Below, piece after piece: positions 26,801 through 37,510 of a stretch of 64,000 bases of DNA; the first letter of the stretch is position 1, and the number at the start of each line of letters is the position of its first letter. Where the stretch lies: NCBI GenBank assembly GCA_002269645.1, contig NIVC01001658.1, forward strand, positions 66,139 to 130,138, in the 5' to 3' direction. The notes beneath the pieces were generated by a model. It was not told the origin of the DNA. It ran no database searches and was given only the letters and a program-made list of their open reading frames with translations. A program made the position numbers and the translations under genes. The DNA is from Macrostomum lignano (taxonomy: Eukaryota).

Positions 26801-29800
26801 CAAGCTGATAAAATGTCAATCAATCTGATAAAAATGTCAATCAAACTAATAAAATGTCAATCAAGTTGATAAAAATGTCAATCAAGTTGATAAAAATATC
26901 AATCAAACTAATAAAATGTCAATCAAACTAATAAAAATGTCAATCAAGCTGATAAAAATGTCAATCAAGCTGATAAAAATGTCAATCAAGCTGATAAAAA
27001 TGTCAATCAAGTTGATAAAATGTCAATCAAGTTGATAAAATGTCAATCAAGTTGATAAAAATATCAATCAAGTTGATAAAATGTCAATCAAGTTGATAAA
27101 ATGTCAATCAAGTTGATAAAACTGTCAATCAAGTTGATAAAATGTCAATCAAGTTGATAAAATGTCAATCAAGTTGATAAAAATGTTAATCAAGTTAATA
27201 AAAATGTCAATCAAGTTGATAAAAATATCAATCAAACTAATAAAATGTCAATCAAACTAATAAAAATGTCAATCAAGCTGATAAAAATGTCAATCAAGCT
27301 GATAAAAATGTCAATCAAGCTGATAAAAATGTCAATCAAGTTAATAAAATGTCAATCAAGTTGATAAAATGTCAATCAAGTTGATAAAATGTCAATCAAG
27401 TTGATAAAATGTCAATCAAGCTGATAAAAATATCAATCAAACTAATAAAATGTCAATCAAACTAATAAAAATGTCAATCAAGTTGATAAAATGTCAATCA
27501 AGTTGATAAAAATGTCAATCAAGTTGATAAAAATGTCAATCAAGCTGATAAAAATGTCAATCAAGCTGATAAAAATGTCAATCAAGTTGATAAAATGTCA
27601 ATCAAGTTGATAAAATGTCAATCAAGTTGATAAAAATATCAATCAAACTAATAAAATGTCAATCAAACTAATAAAAATTTCAATCAAGCTGATAAAATGT
27701 CAATCAATCTGATAAAAATGTCAATCAAACTAATAAAATGTCAATCAAGTTGATAAAAATGTCAATCAAGTTGATAAAAATATCAATCAAACTAATAAAA
27801 TGTCAATCAAACTAATAAAATGTCAATCAAACTAATAAAAATGTCAATCAAGCTGATAAAAATGTCAATCAAGCTGATAAAATGTCAATCAAGTTGATAA
27901 AAATGTCAATCAAGTTGATAAAATGTCAATCAAGTTGATAAAATGTCAATCAAGTTGATAAAATGTCAATCAAGCTGATAAAAATGTCAATCAAGCTGAT
28001 AAAAATGTCAATCAAGCTGATAAAAATGTCAATCAAGTTGATAAAATGTCAATCAAGTTGATAAAATGTCAATCAAGTTGATAAAAATATCAATCAAGTT
28101 GATAAAATGTCAATCAAGTTGATAAAATGTCAATCAAGTTGATAAAAATGTCAATCAAGTTGATAAAATGTCAATCAAGTTGATAAAATGTCAATCAATC
28201 TGATAAAAATGTCAATCAAACTAATAAAATGTCAATCAAGTTGATAAAAATGTCAATCAAGTTGATAAAAATATCAATCAAACTAATAAAATGTCAATCA
28301 AACTAATAAAAATTTCAATCAAGCTGATAAAATGTCAATCAATCTGATAAAAATGTCAATAAAACTAATAAAATGTCAATCAAGTTGATAAAAATGTCAA
28401 TCAAGTTGATAAAAATATCAATCAAACTAATAAAATGTCAATCAAACTAATAAAAATATCAATCAAGCTGATAAAATTGTCAATCAAGCTGATAAAAATG
28501 TCAATCAAGCTGATAAAAATGTCAATCAAGTTGATAAAATGTCAATCAAGTTGATAAAATGTCAATCAAGTTGATAAAAATATCAATCAAGTTGATAAAA
28601 TGTCAATCAAGTTGATAAAATGTCAATCAAGTTGATAAAAATGTCAATTAAGTTGATAAAATGTCAATCAAGTTGATAAAATGTCTATCAAGTTGATAAA
28701 AATGTTAATCAAGTTAATAAAAATGTCAATCAAGTTGATAAAAATATCAATCAAACTAATAAAATGTCAATCAAACTAATAAAAATGTCAATCAAGCTGA
28801 TAAAAATGTCAATCAAGCTGATAAAAATGTCAATCAAGCTGATAAAAATGTCAATCAAGTTGATAAAATGTCAATCAAGTTGATAAAAATGTCAATCAAG
28901 TTAATAAAAATGTCAATCAAGTTGATAAAAATATCAATCAAACTAATAAAATGTCAATCAAACTAATAAAAATGTCAATCAAGCTGATAAAATGTCAATC
29001 AAGCTGATAAAAATGTCAATCAAACTAATAAAATGTCAATCAAGTTGATAAAAATGTCAATCAAGTTGATAAAAATATCAATCAAACTAATAAAATGTCA
29101 ATCAAACTAATAAAAATGTCAATCAAGTGGATAAAAATGTCAATCAAGTTGATAAATATATCAATCAAACTAAAAAAATTTCAATCAAACTAATAAAAAT
29201 GTCAATCAAGCTGATAAAAATGTCAATCAAGCTGATAAAAATGTCAATCAAGCTGATAAAAATGTCAATCAAGTTAATAAAATGTCAATCAAGTTGATAA
29301 AATGTCAATCAAGTTGATAAAATGTCAATCAAGTTGATAAAATGTCAATCAAGTTGATAAAATGTCAATCAAGTTGATAAAAATATCAATCAAACTAATA
29401 AAATGTCAATCAAACTAATAAAAATGTCAATCAAGTTGATAAAATGTCAATCAAGTTGATAAAAATGTCAATCAAGTTGATAAAAATATCAATCAAGTTG
29501 ATAAAATGTCAATCAAGTTGATAAAATGTCAATCAAGTTGATAAAATGTCAATCAAGTTGATAAAAATGTCAATCAAGTTGATAAAAATATCAATCAAGT
29601 TGATAAAATGTCAATCAAGTTGATAAAATGTCAATCAAGTTGATAAAAATGTCAATCAAGTTGATAAAATGTCAATCAAGTTGATAAAATGTCAATCAAG
29701 TTGATAAAAATGTTAATCAAGTTGATATAAATATCAATCAAACTAATAAAATGTCAATCAAACTGATAAAAATGTCAATCAAGCTGATAAAAATATCAAT

Positions 29801-32800
29801 CAAACTAATAAAATGTCAATCAAACTAATAAAAATGTCAATTAAGTTGATAAAATGTCAATCAAGTTGATAAAAATGTCAATCAAGTTTATAAAATGTCA
29901 ATCAAGTACATAAAATGTCAATCAAGTTGATAGAAATGTCAATCAAGTTGATAAAATGTCAATCAAGCTGATAAAAATATCAATCAAGTTGATAAAAATA
30001 TCAATCAAACTAATAAAATGTCAATCAAACTGATAAAAATGTCAATCAAGCTGATAAAAATATCAATCAAACTAATAAAATGTCAATCAAACTAATAAAA
30101 ATGTCAATCAAGCTGATAAAAATGTCAATCAAGCTGATAAAAATGTCAATCAAGTTGATAAAATGTCAATCAAACTAATAAAAATGTCAATCAAGCTGAT
30201 AAAAATGTCAATCAAGTTGATAGAAAAATCAATCAAGCTGATAAAATGTCAATCAAACTCAAAATGTCAATCAAACTCATAAAATGTCAATCAAACTCAT
30301 AAAATGTCAATCCAACTGATAAAAATGTCAATCGAGCTGATAAAAACATCTATCCAGTTGATAAAATCCAGTGATCCACTTAATTGGGCTTTTGATAACT
30401 TGATTAACTACCTGTGCATGCTAACAAATGAGTAGACTGAATCTTTTTCATCTCGATAAAATAGCTATTTCTCTTTATTTTTTCCTAAATTAACAAGCGC
30501 GCAAAAGAAGTAAAGATTTTTCATTAATTTGCAGAGTTTTATATTTATCAATGGAGATTTCATTCCCTTAAGTCCTAATGAGTTGAAGAGTGAGCTAAAT
30601 TGGCCAGCTTATGAAACTTTACTAACAACTTCAATAAAATATTTCTATTCCTTGATTTCAGGCATTCGCCTGGTTCTCAGACCTTCTAGTTGAGCACGCT
30701 GAAATATTCTGGGCCAAATTCGCGGTCGATATGCTCACGGTGCTTGAGAACCAGCCGCCGGACGTGTGGGACTCGTTCCCTCTGTTCCAACTGCTCAATG
30801 ACTACCTTAGATCTGATGGTGAGCCTTGCGGTGACTCATGCTGCACTCCACTCTACTTTACTCTACTCCACTCTACTCTACTCCACTCTATTCTACTCTA
30901 TTCTACTCTACTCCACTCTACTCCACTCTACTCTACTCTACTCTACTCTACTTCACTCTACTCCACTCTATTCTACTCTACTCTACTCTACTCCACTCTA
31001 CTCTACTCTACTCTACTCCACTCTACTCTACTCCACTCTACTCTACTCTACTCTACTCTACTCCACTCTACTCTACTCCACTCTACTCTACTCTACTCCA
31101 CTCTACTCCACTCTACTCTACTCTACTCTACTCTACTCCACTCTACTCTACTCCACTCTACTCCACTCTACTCTACTCTACTCTACTCTACTTCACTCTA
31201 CTCCACTCTATTCTACTCTACTCTACTCCACTCTACTCTACTCCACTCTACTCTACTCTACTCCACTCTACTCCACTTAACTCTACTCTACTCTACTCTA
31301 CTCCACTCTACTCTACTCCACTCTACTCTACTCCACTCTACTCTACTCTACTCTACTTCACTCTACTCCACTCTATTCTACTCTACTCTACTCTACTCTA
31401 CTCCACTCTACTCTACTCCACTCTACTATACTCCACTCTACTCTACTCCACTCTACTCTACTCCACTCTACTATACTCCACTCTACTCTACTTCACTCTA
31501 CTCCACTCTATTCTACTCTACTCCACTCTACTCTACTCCACTCTACTCTACTCCACTCTACTCTACTCCACTCTACTCTACTCTACTCCACTCTACTCTA
31601 CTCTACTCTACTCTACTTCACTCTACTCCACTCTATTCTACTCTACTCCACTCTATTCTACTCTACTCCACTCTACTCTACTCCACTCTACTCTACTCCA
31701 CTCTACTCTACTCTACTCCACTCTACTCTACTCTACTCTACTCTACTTCACTCTACTCCACTCTATTCTACTCTACTCTACTCCACTCTACTCTACTCCA
31801 CTCTACTATACTTCCTCTACTCTATACTACTCTACTTTACAGTACTCCTCACTCTACCTAAATTTACCCCAATTCTCCACCAACCCTAACAGCGAACCTT
31901 CGCAGCGGCAAATTCCACCAGCAACTGCGCGACATCTTTGCTCCCCAAGTGGTTCGCTATGTGGACCTGATGGAGTCCTCCATCGCCCAGTCCATACACA
32001 AAGGCTTCGAGAAGGAGCGCTGGACTTTAAAGGGTGCCGGCTGCTCCAGCAGCGAAGACCTGCTGTGGAAACTGGAAGCTCTGCAGTCGTTCATATCGGA
32101 TCTGCACTGGCCAGACCCCGTGTTTGCTGAGCACCTGGACAACCGGCTCAAGCTCATGGCTGCCGACATGCTTGAAGCGGCTGGCAAGAGGACCGTGTCC
32201 GCATTTGAGACCATCATGAAACGGACTAGCAAGAGTACAGATTTTCTGCTGCCTGTGGAAGTGTGCGTCATGTTGAATACATGCGTTAGTTTGAAGGCTA
32301 GCGTGTTTAAACTCTGCACCATGGGCGCTGGGGAGAATATGGTGAGTGACATTGTACTTGGGAAATTGTGGATTAAACTGTTTTTTTTACATTTCCGAAT
32401 GAATTTAGGTGTAAAATGGTAGATTAACTTTTTTAGTGAATTGTAGAGTGACATTATAACCGTGTAGAGTGACATTAAAAACTCGTAGAATGGCATAAAC
32501 ATGTAGTGACATTATAAACATGCGGAGTGACATTATAAACTCGTAGAATGACATAACATGTAGTGACACTATAAACATGTAAAGTGACACTATAAACATG
32601 TAGAGTGACATTATACACATGCGGAGTGACATTATAAACTCGTAGAATGACATAACATGTAGTGACACTATAAACATGTAAAGTGACACTATAAACATGT
32701 AGAGTGACATTATACACATGCGGAGTGACATTATAAACACGTTAGAGTGACATTATAAACACGTTAGAGTGACACTATAAGCATGTGGAGTGACACTATA

Positions 32801-35800
32801 AGCATGTGGAGTGACACTATAAACATGTGGAGTGACATTATAAACACGTTAGAGTGACACTATAAGCATGTGGAGTGACACTATAAACATGTGGAGTGAC
32901 ATTATAAACATGTAGAGTGACATTAAAAACTCGTAGAATGGCATAAACATGTAGTGACATTATAAACATGCGGAGTGACATTATAAACTCGTAGAATGAC
33001 ATAACATGTAGTGACACTATAAACATGTAAAGTGACACTATAAACATGTAGAGTGACATTATACACATGCGGAGTGACATTATAAACTCGTAGAATGACA
33101 TAACATGTAGTGACACTATAAACATGTAAAGTGACACTATAAACATGTAGAGTGACATTATACACATGCGGAGTGACATTATAAACACGTTAGAGTGACA
33201 TTATAAACACGTTAGAGTGACACTATAAGCATGTGGAGTGACACTATAAGCATGTGGAGTGACACTATAAACATGTGGAGTGACATTATAAACACGTTAG
33301 AGTGACACTATAAGCATGTGGAGTGACACTATAAACATGTGGAGTGACATTATAAACATGTAGAGTGACACTATAAACATGTGGAGTGACACTATAAGCA
33401 TGTGGAGTGACACTATAAACATGTGGAGTGACATTATAAACATGTAGAGTGACACTATAAACATGTGGAGTGACATTATAAACACGTTGGAGTGACACTA
33501 TAAGCATGTGGAGTGACACTATAAACATGTGGAGTGACTTTATAAACACGTTAGAGTGACACTATAAGCATGTGGAGTGACACTATAAACATGTGGAGTG
33601 ACATTATAAACATGTAGAGTGACATTATAAACACGTTAGAGTGACACTATAAGCATGTGGAGTGACACTATAAACATGTGGAGTGACATTATAAACATGT
33701 AGAGTGACACTATAAACATGTAGAGTGACATTATACACATGCGGAGTGACATTATAAACACGTTAGAGTGACATTATAAACACGCTGGAGTGACACTATA
33801 AGCATGTGGAGTGACACTATAAACATGTAGAGTGACATTATAAACATGTGGAGTGACACTATAAACATGTGGAGTGACATTATAAACACGTTAGAGTGAC
33901 ACTATAAGCATGTGGAGTGACACTATAAACATGTAGAGTGACATTATAAACATGTGGAGTGACACTATAAGCATGTGGAGTGACACTATAAACATGTGGA
34001 GTGACATTATAAACACGTTGGAGTGACACTATAAGCATGTGGAGTGACACTATAAACATGTGGAGTGACATTATAAGCATGTGGAGTGACACTATAAATA
34101 TGTAGAGTGACACTATAAACATGTGGAGTGACATTATAAACACATTGGAGTGACACTATAAGCATGTGGAGTGACACTATAAACATGTGGAGTGACATTA
34201 TAAACACGTTGGAGTGACACTATAAGCATGTGGAGTGACACTATAAACATGTGGAGTGACATTATAAACACGTTGGAGTGACACTATAAGCATGTGGAGT
34301 GACACTATAAACATGTGGAGTGACATTATAAACACGTTAGAGTGACACTATAAGCATGTGGAGTGACATTATAAACATGTAGAGTGACATTATAAACACG
34401 TTAGAGTGACACTATAAGCATGTGGAGTGACACTTTAAACATGTGGAGTGACATTATAAACATGTAGAGTGACACTATAAACATGTGGAGTGACACTATA
34501 AACACGCACTCTCCATTCCCGCCTAGCAGCACGAGTACCACACCAAGACAGACGAATTCCTGGAAGGCATTCAATCGCGAATCACGGGCGGTATCATCAC
34601 CCGCTTCGGCGAGGTGCTGGAAGGCCTCCTGGTCAGACTGGCTCGCTACGATGAGACCGCCATGTTCTCAAGTATTCTGTCTATTGCTAAGCCTACTGAC
34701 GAGATTGGCAAAGAGTACATCGAGTTCTGCAGCTCGAATCTGGAACAGATCAGGCATCATATCTATGATGAGCTGCTAGTGCTGAGTCTGTTTGATGTGA
34801 GCAGAATCCCAATACTGAAAAATCCCCATTTCCAAATCCCAATTCTGAAGAATCCACATTTTCAAATCTCAATTCTAAAAACACCCCGTTTCCAAATCCT
34901 GATTTTATCCTCAATATTCTATTTCCATATCCCAAATTCCCAAAAAATCCCATTTTCCAATCTCAACTCTAAAAATATCCCATTCCCAAATCCCAACTCT
35001 AAGAATATCCCATTTCCAAATCCCAACTCTAAGAATAGCTTATTTTCAAATCCCAATTCTCAAAATATCCCAGTTCCAAATCCCAATTCTAAAAATATCC
35101 CATTCTCAAATCGCATTTCAAAGAATCGCCTTCCCCATTCGGGCTTTCTAGAGCTGGTACAGCCGCCAAATCCGCCTAATTCACGACTGGCTGGTGAAGG
35201 ACCGGGCCCAGGCCTCTCTGCACGCCTACCAAGTCACCTGTCTCGGATTTATCGTCAAAAAAGTTCACGGCGACTTTGAATTGCAAGGCGTTACTCACGA
35301 CGTGCTGGACACGAGACAGTATCAATCGCTGATTTCTAGAATTCAGGTTTGGAGTCTGTTTTCTATTGCTTCTTTTGTTTTCGATCTTTCTGCCATCTTT
35401 CCCTGAGATTCTCTATGAGACTCTCCCTGAGATTCTCCATGAGACTCTCCCTGAGATTCTTCATGAGATTCTCCCTGAGATTCTCCATGAGACTCTCCCT
35501 GAGATTCTCCATGAGACTCTCCCTGAGATTCTTCATGAGATTCTCCCTGAGATTCTCCATGAGACTCTCCCTGAGATTCTCCATGAGACTCTCCCTGAGA
35601 TTCTTCATGAGATTCTCCCTGAGATTCTCTATGAGACTCTCCCTGAGATTCTCTATGAGACTCTCCCTGAGATTCTCTATGAGACTCTCCCTGAGATTCT
35701 TCATGAGATTCTCCATGAGACTCTCCCTGAGATTCTCCATGAGACTCTCCCTGAGATTCTTCATGAGATTCTCCCTGAGATTCTCCCTTGAGATTCTCCA

Positions 35801-36588
35801 TGAGACTCTCCCTGAGATTCCCCATGAAACTCTCCCTGAGATTCTCCATGAGACTCTCCCTGAGATTTTCTATGAGACTCTCCCTGAGATTCTCCATGAG
35901 ACTCTCCCTGAGTTTCTCTATGAGACTCTCTCTGATATTCTCCATGAGACTCTCCCTGAGATTCTCCATGAGACTCTCCCTGAGATTCCCCATGAAACTC
36001 TCCCTGAAATTCTCCATGAGACTCTCCCTGAGATTTTCTATGAGACTCTCCCTGAGATTCTCCATGAGACTCTCCCTGATATTCTCCATTCTCCCTGATA
36101 TTCTCCATGAGACTCTCCCTGAGATTCTCCATGAGACTCTCCCTGAGATTCTCTCTGAGATTGTCCCTGAGATCCCAGCTGAGATTCTCCCTTGAGATTC
36201 TCCATGAGATTTTCCCTAAAATTACATCGAGATGCTTCCAGAGATTCTCCAAGAGACTCTCCCTGAGATTCTCGTTGAAATTTCGGATAATTCATCAATT
36301 CTTACTGAGGCTTTTGCATCTACTATTAATCAAAACAGCTTTATTATTACAGATTACAATGTAATTCTAAGAAACCGCCTCACTACCCTCCCGCACTGCC
36401 AGACCGAGGAGGCGACCCAATCGATAAAGATTGGCGAAGCCACCAGTTCGCCCAAGCCGGGTCCGAAGTCTCTCCTCGGCAGCATGGCCGGCTCATTTTC
36501 TTCACTTAGCAACGGCAAGCTGGCCACGTCGGGCCTGTCCTCCATCACCAGCAGTTTCTCAAATTTTCTGCCAAAATCATCCAATTGA
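914..36588 (+). CDS. CADPS: CAPS / calcium-dependent secretion activator (UNC-31 ortholog), 5'-partial multi-exon gene
   Basis: join(914..1354,10365..10445,10976..11221,14803..15036,16128..16331,18436..19085,19636..19801,19906..20029,21212..21318,30662..30818,31893..32341,34527..34796,35152..35346,36403..36588). All junctions are GT-AG with compatible phases; total 3510 nt including the stop. The translation is colinear with CAPS as recalled: [33 protein letters not shown]2 [24 protein letters not shown] domain, [37 protein letters not shown]-region [12 protein letters not shown] and [20 protein letters not shown]. Confidence 0.97.
1400..4665. repeat. 24/28-bp minisatellite TCAGTGATGAGAATCGCCCTSAAG (28-bp variant with ATAA), block A
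   Basis: Directly visible; source of the [15 protein letters not shown] pseudo-ORFs. Confidence 0.98.
5145..5850. repeat. 22-bp minisatellite GCTCAGAGRCTGAGARATGGMA
   Basis: Directly visible; core CTCAG-NNN-CTGAG is self-complementary. Confidence 0.96.
6277..7460. repeat. 24/28-bp minisatellite, block B (CTCAGA/CTCAAA variants of the 1400-4665 unit)
   Basis: Same core TCAGTGATGAGAATCGCCCT. Confidence 0.97.
9050..9965. repeat. 12-bp repeat CYTAGTGTCTGT
   Basis: Directly visible. Confidence 0.95.
10365..10445 (+). CDS. CADPS: CAPS exon 2 ([27 protein letters not shown])
   Basis: ttttacag|CTC, AAG|gtgaga, 81 nt; conserved LDNxDEQAAQxRRELDGR. Confidence 0.96.
10500..10925. repeat. 52-54-bp minisatellite, about 8 copies, filling CAPS intron 2
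   Basis: GGCGGCAACATCAAAGG starts at 10560, 10614, 10668, 10720. Confidence 0.95.
10976..11221 (+). CDS. CADPS: CAPS exon 3 (NRKFPKF...LNFSIE)
   Basis: tttgcag|AAC, GAG|gtttgc, 246 nt. Confidence 0.94.
11250..11610. repeat. 21-bp minisatellite GGCGCCAACTTCACTGATTGA
   Basis: Directly visible. Confidence 0.95.
12135..13550. repeat. 14/15-bp C-rich repeat CATCTCCCATCCCT (with CCGAT variants)
   Basis: Directly visible; source of SHPSSPIP pseudo-ORFs. Confidence 0.97.
14075..14730. repeat. 20-bp minisatellite GGCGCCAAATTTAAGATCGA
   Basis: GGCGCC at 14075, 14095... Confidence 0.95.
14803..15036 (+). CDS. CADPS: CAPS exon 4, C2 domain ([10 protein letters not shown]...DRELGK)
   Basis: ctcaag|GTT, AAG|gtgagg, 234 nt. 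Confidence 0.94.
15280..15925. repeat. 21-bp minisatellite TTAAAGGTGTTCTCAACGSGA
   Basis: Directly visible. Confidence 0.96.
16128..16331 (+). CDS. CADPS: CAPS exon 5, end of C2 and start of PH (VLIRP...YMCLIQ)
   Basis: ccgcag|GTG, CAG|gtaatg, 204 nt. Confidence 0.95.
16600..16858. repeat. 19-bp minisatellite AATGTAAACTGTACACTAT
   Basis: About 12 near-perfect copies. Confidence 0.96.
17710..18345. repeat. 25-27-bp minisatellite GGCGCCAAAACTTACTAGTCAGATT (degenerate 27-bp form upstream)
   Basis: Period 25 at 18083, 18108... Confidence 0.95.
18436..19085 (+). CDS. CADPS: CAPS exon 6, PH domain and downstream (VSQYNFVM...SHVHGNR)
   Basis: ctgcag|GTC, CG|gttagt, 650 nt, phase 0/2. Confidence 0.96.
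19150..19570. repeat. 19-20-bp minisatellite GGCGCCAAACTCACCTCTGT
   Basis: Directly visible, degenerate edges. Confidence 0.93.
19636..19801 (+). CDS. CADPS: CAPS exon 7 (PDGIGTV...[19 protein letters not shown]); missed by the ORF track
   Basis: ttttag|C CCG, AGG|gtgatt, 166 nt, phase 2/0. Confidence 0.95.
19906..20029 (+). CDS. CADPS: CAPS exon 8 ([10 protein letters not shown]...FSNIE)
   Basis: aaacag|GTG, GAAG|gtctgt, 124 nt, phase 0/1; the donor coincides with the start of a (GTCT)n tract. Confidence 0.9.
20030..20910. repeat. (GTCT)n microsatellite with interspersed (GT)n
   Basis: Directly visible; begins at the exon 8 donor. Confidence 0.98.
21212..21318 (+). CDS. CADPS: CAPS exon 9 (IVQSDV...[11 protein letters not shown])
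   Basis: tcgcag|AA, GAG|gtaatg, 107 nt, phase 1/0. Confidence 0.93.
21439..21450 (+). CDS. CADPS: candidate 12-nt CAPS microexon (ECRE)
   Basis: ttttctctcaaattttag|GAGTGCAGAGAG|gtaaac; symmetric phase 0; lies between EHHSE and AFAWFSD. Confidence 0.6.
21893..22192. mobile_element. degenerate MITE-like element, same family as 54958-55620
   Basis: Shares AGCCAAGGA..ACGTTTCTT..AGGAGGC..CCGAAAAATAC..AAAATTGTTATTGCTTTTGAT with the 55-kb element; internal imperfect inverted repeat about 21991-22059 / 22117-22189. Confidence 0.6.
22670..30365. repeat. 7.7-kb AT-rich 20/21-bp satellite TGTCAATCAAGTTGATAAAA(A) with AAACTAATAA and AAGCTGATAA variants
   Basis: Directly visible; contains an internal duplication with about 3101-bp offset. 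Confidence 0.99.
30662..30818 (+). CDS. CADPS: CAPS exon 10 ([14 protein letters not shown]...LLNDYLRSD)
   Basis: tttcag|GCA, GATG|gtgagc, 157 nt, phase 0/1; missed as such by the ORF track. Confidence 0.95.
30845..31850. repeat. pentanucleotide repeat (CTACT/CTCCA)n
   Basis: Directly visible; source of STLLY pseudo-ORFs. Confidence 0.98.
31893..32341 (+). CDS. CADPS: CAPS exon 11, MUN/MHD region (NLRSGKFH...GAGENM)
   Basis: ctaacag|CG, ATG|gtgagt, 449 nt, phase 1/0. Confidence 0.95.
32440..34505. repeat. 21-bp minisatellite GAGTGACAYTATAAACATGTR
   Basis: Directly visible; includes a 448-bp-offset duplicated block. Confidence 0.97.
34527..34796 (+). CDS. CADPS: CAPS exon 12 (QHEYHTK...LVLSLFD)
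   Basis: gcctag|CAG (tandem acceptor, alternative start 34530), GAT|gtgagc, 270 nt; LARYDE motif. Confidence 0.92.
34805..35125. repeat. about 30-bp degenerate repeat AAATCCCAAYTCTAAAAATATCCCATTYCC
   Basis: Fills CAPS intron 12. Confidence 0.9.
35152..35346 (+). CDS. CADPS: CAPS exon 13 ([14 protein letters not shown]...LISRIQ)
   Basis: ttctag|AGC, CAG|gtttgg, 195 nt; LHAYQ and DFELQGV motifs. Confidence 0.93.
35395..36275. repeat. 24-bp minisatellite TGAGATTCTCCATGAGACTCTCCC (two related 12-mers)
   Basis: Directly visible. Confidence 0.97.
36403..36588 (+). CDS. CADPS: CAPS terminal coding exon (TEEATQS...PKSSN*)
   Basis: tgccag|ACC; xEEAT follows as in CAPS; stop TGA at 36586-36588. Confidence 0.85.
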   Translation, partial: TEEATQSIKIGEATSSPKPGPKSLLGSMAGSFSSLSNGKLATSGLSSITSSFSNFLPKSSN

Positions 36589-36704
36589 TTTGAAATGTGC
36601 GATCGATAAGTTTTTTTCTGGCGTTGCTGACTTTATGATTTGATTTGCTTTTAGCAAGGTGCGTGGATTATAAACTTTTTTGAAGTATTGAATTGTGCAG
36701 AGTC

Positions 36705-37510
36705 TACCCCGACTACCCAATCGTCTACGCTGACTAGCTACCCAATAGACTACTTTGACTACCCAATATTGTACTATGACTACCCAATAGTCTACCCTGA
36801 CTTACCCAATAGTCTACCCTGACTTACCCAATAGTCTACCCTGACTACCTAATAGTCTACCCTGACTACCAAATAGTCTACTTTGACTACCCAATAGTCT
36901 ACTTGACTACCCAATAGTCTACCCTGACTTACCCAATAGTCTACTTGACTACCTAAAAGTCTACCCTGACTATCCAATAGTCTACTTTGACTACCCAATA
37001 GTCTACCCTGACTTACCCAATAGTCTACTTGACTACCAAATAGTCTACCCTGACTACCAAATAGTCTACTTTGACTACCCAATAGTCTACCCTGACTTAC
37101 CCAATAGTCTACTTGACTACCTAATAGTCTACCCTGACTACCAAATAGTCTACTTTGACTACCCAATAGTCTACTTGACTACCCAATAGTCTACCCTGAC
37201 TTACCCAATAGTCTACTTGACTACCTAAAAGTCTACCCTGACTATCCAATAGTCTACTTTGACTACCCAATAGTCTACCCTGACTTATCCAATAGTCTAC
37301 TTGACTACCAAATAGTCTACCCTGACTACCAAATAGTCTACTTTGACTACCCAATAGTCTACTTGACTACCTAATAGTCTACCCTGACTACCCAATAGTC
37401 TACTTGACTACCTAAAAGTCTACCCTGACTATCCAATAGTCTACTTTGACTACCCAATAGTCTACCCTGACTACCCAATAGTTTACCCTGACTACTTAAT
37501 AGTCTACTGG
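36705..37510. repeat. 20-23-bp minisatellite GACTACCCAATAGTCTAC(CCT/TT)
   Basis: Directly visible, downstream of the CAPS stop; GACTA/TAGTC stem. Confidence 0.96.

Noticed and set aside
30690-32130. STLLY-repeat ORFs up to 430 aa
   Set aside because: Pentamer repeat without G; the true exons are 30662-30818 and 31893-32341.
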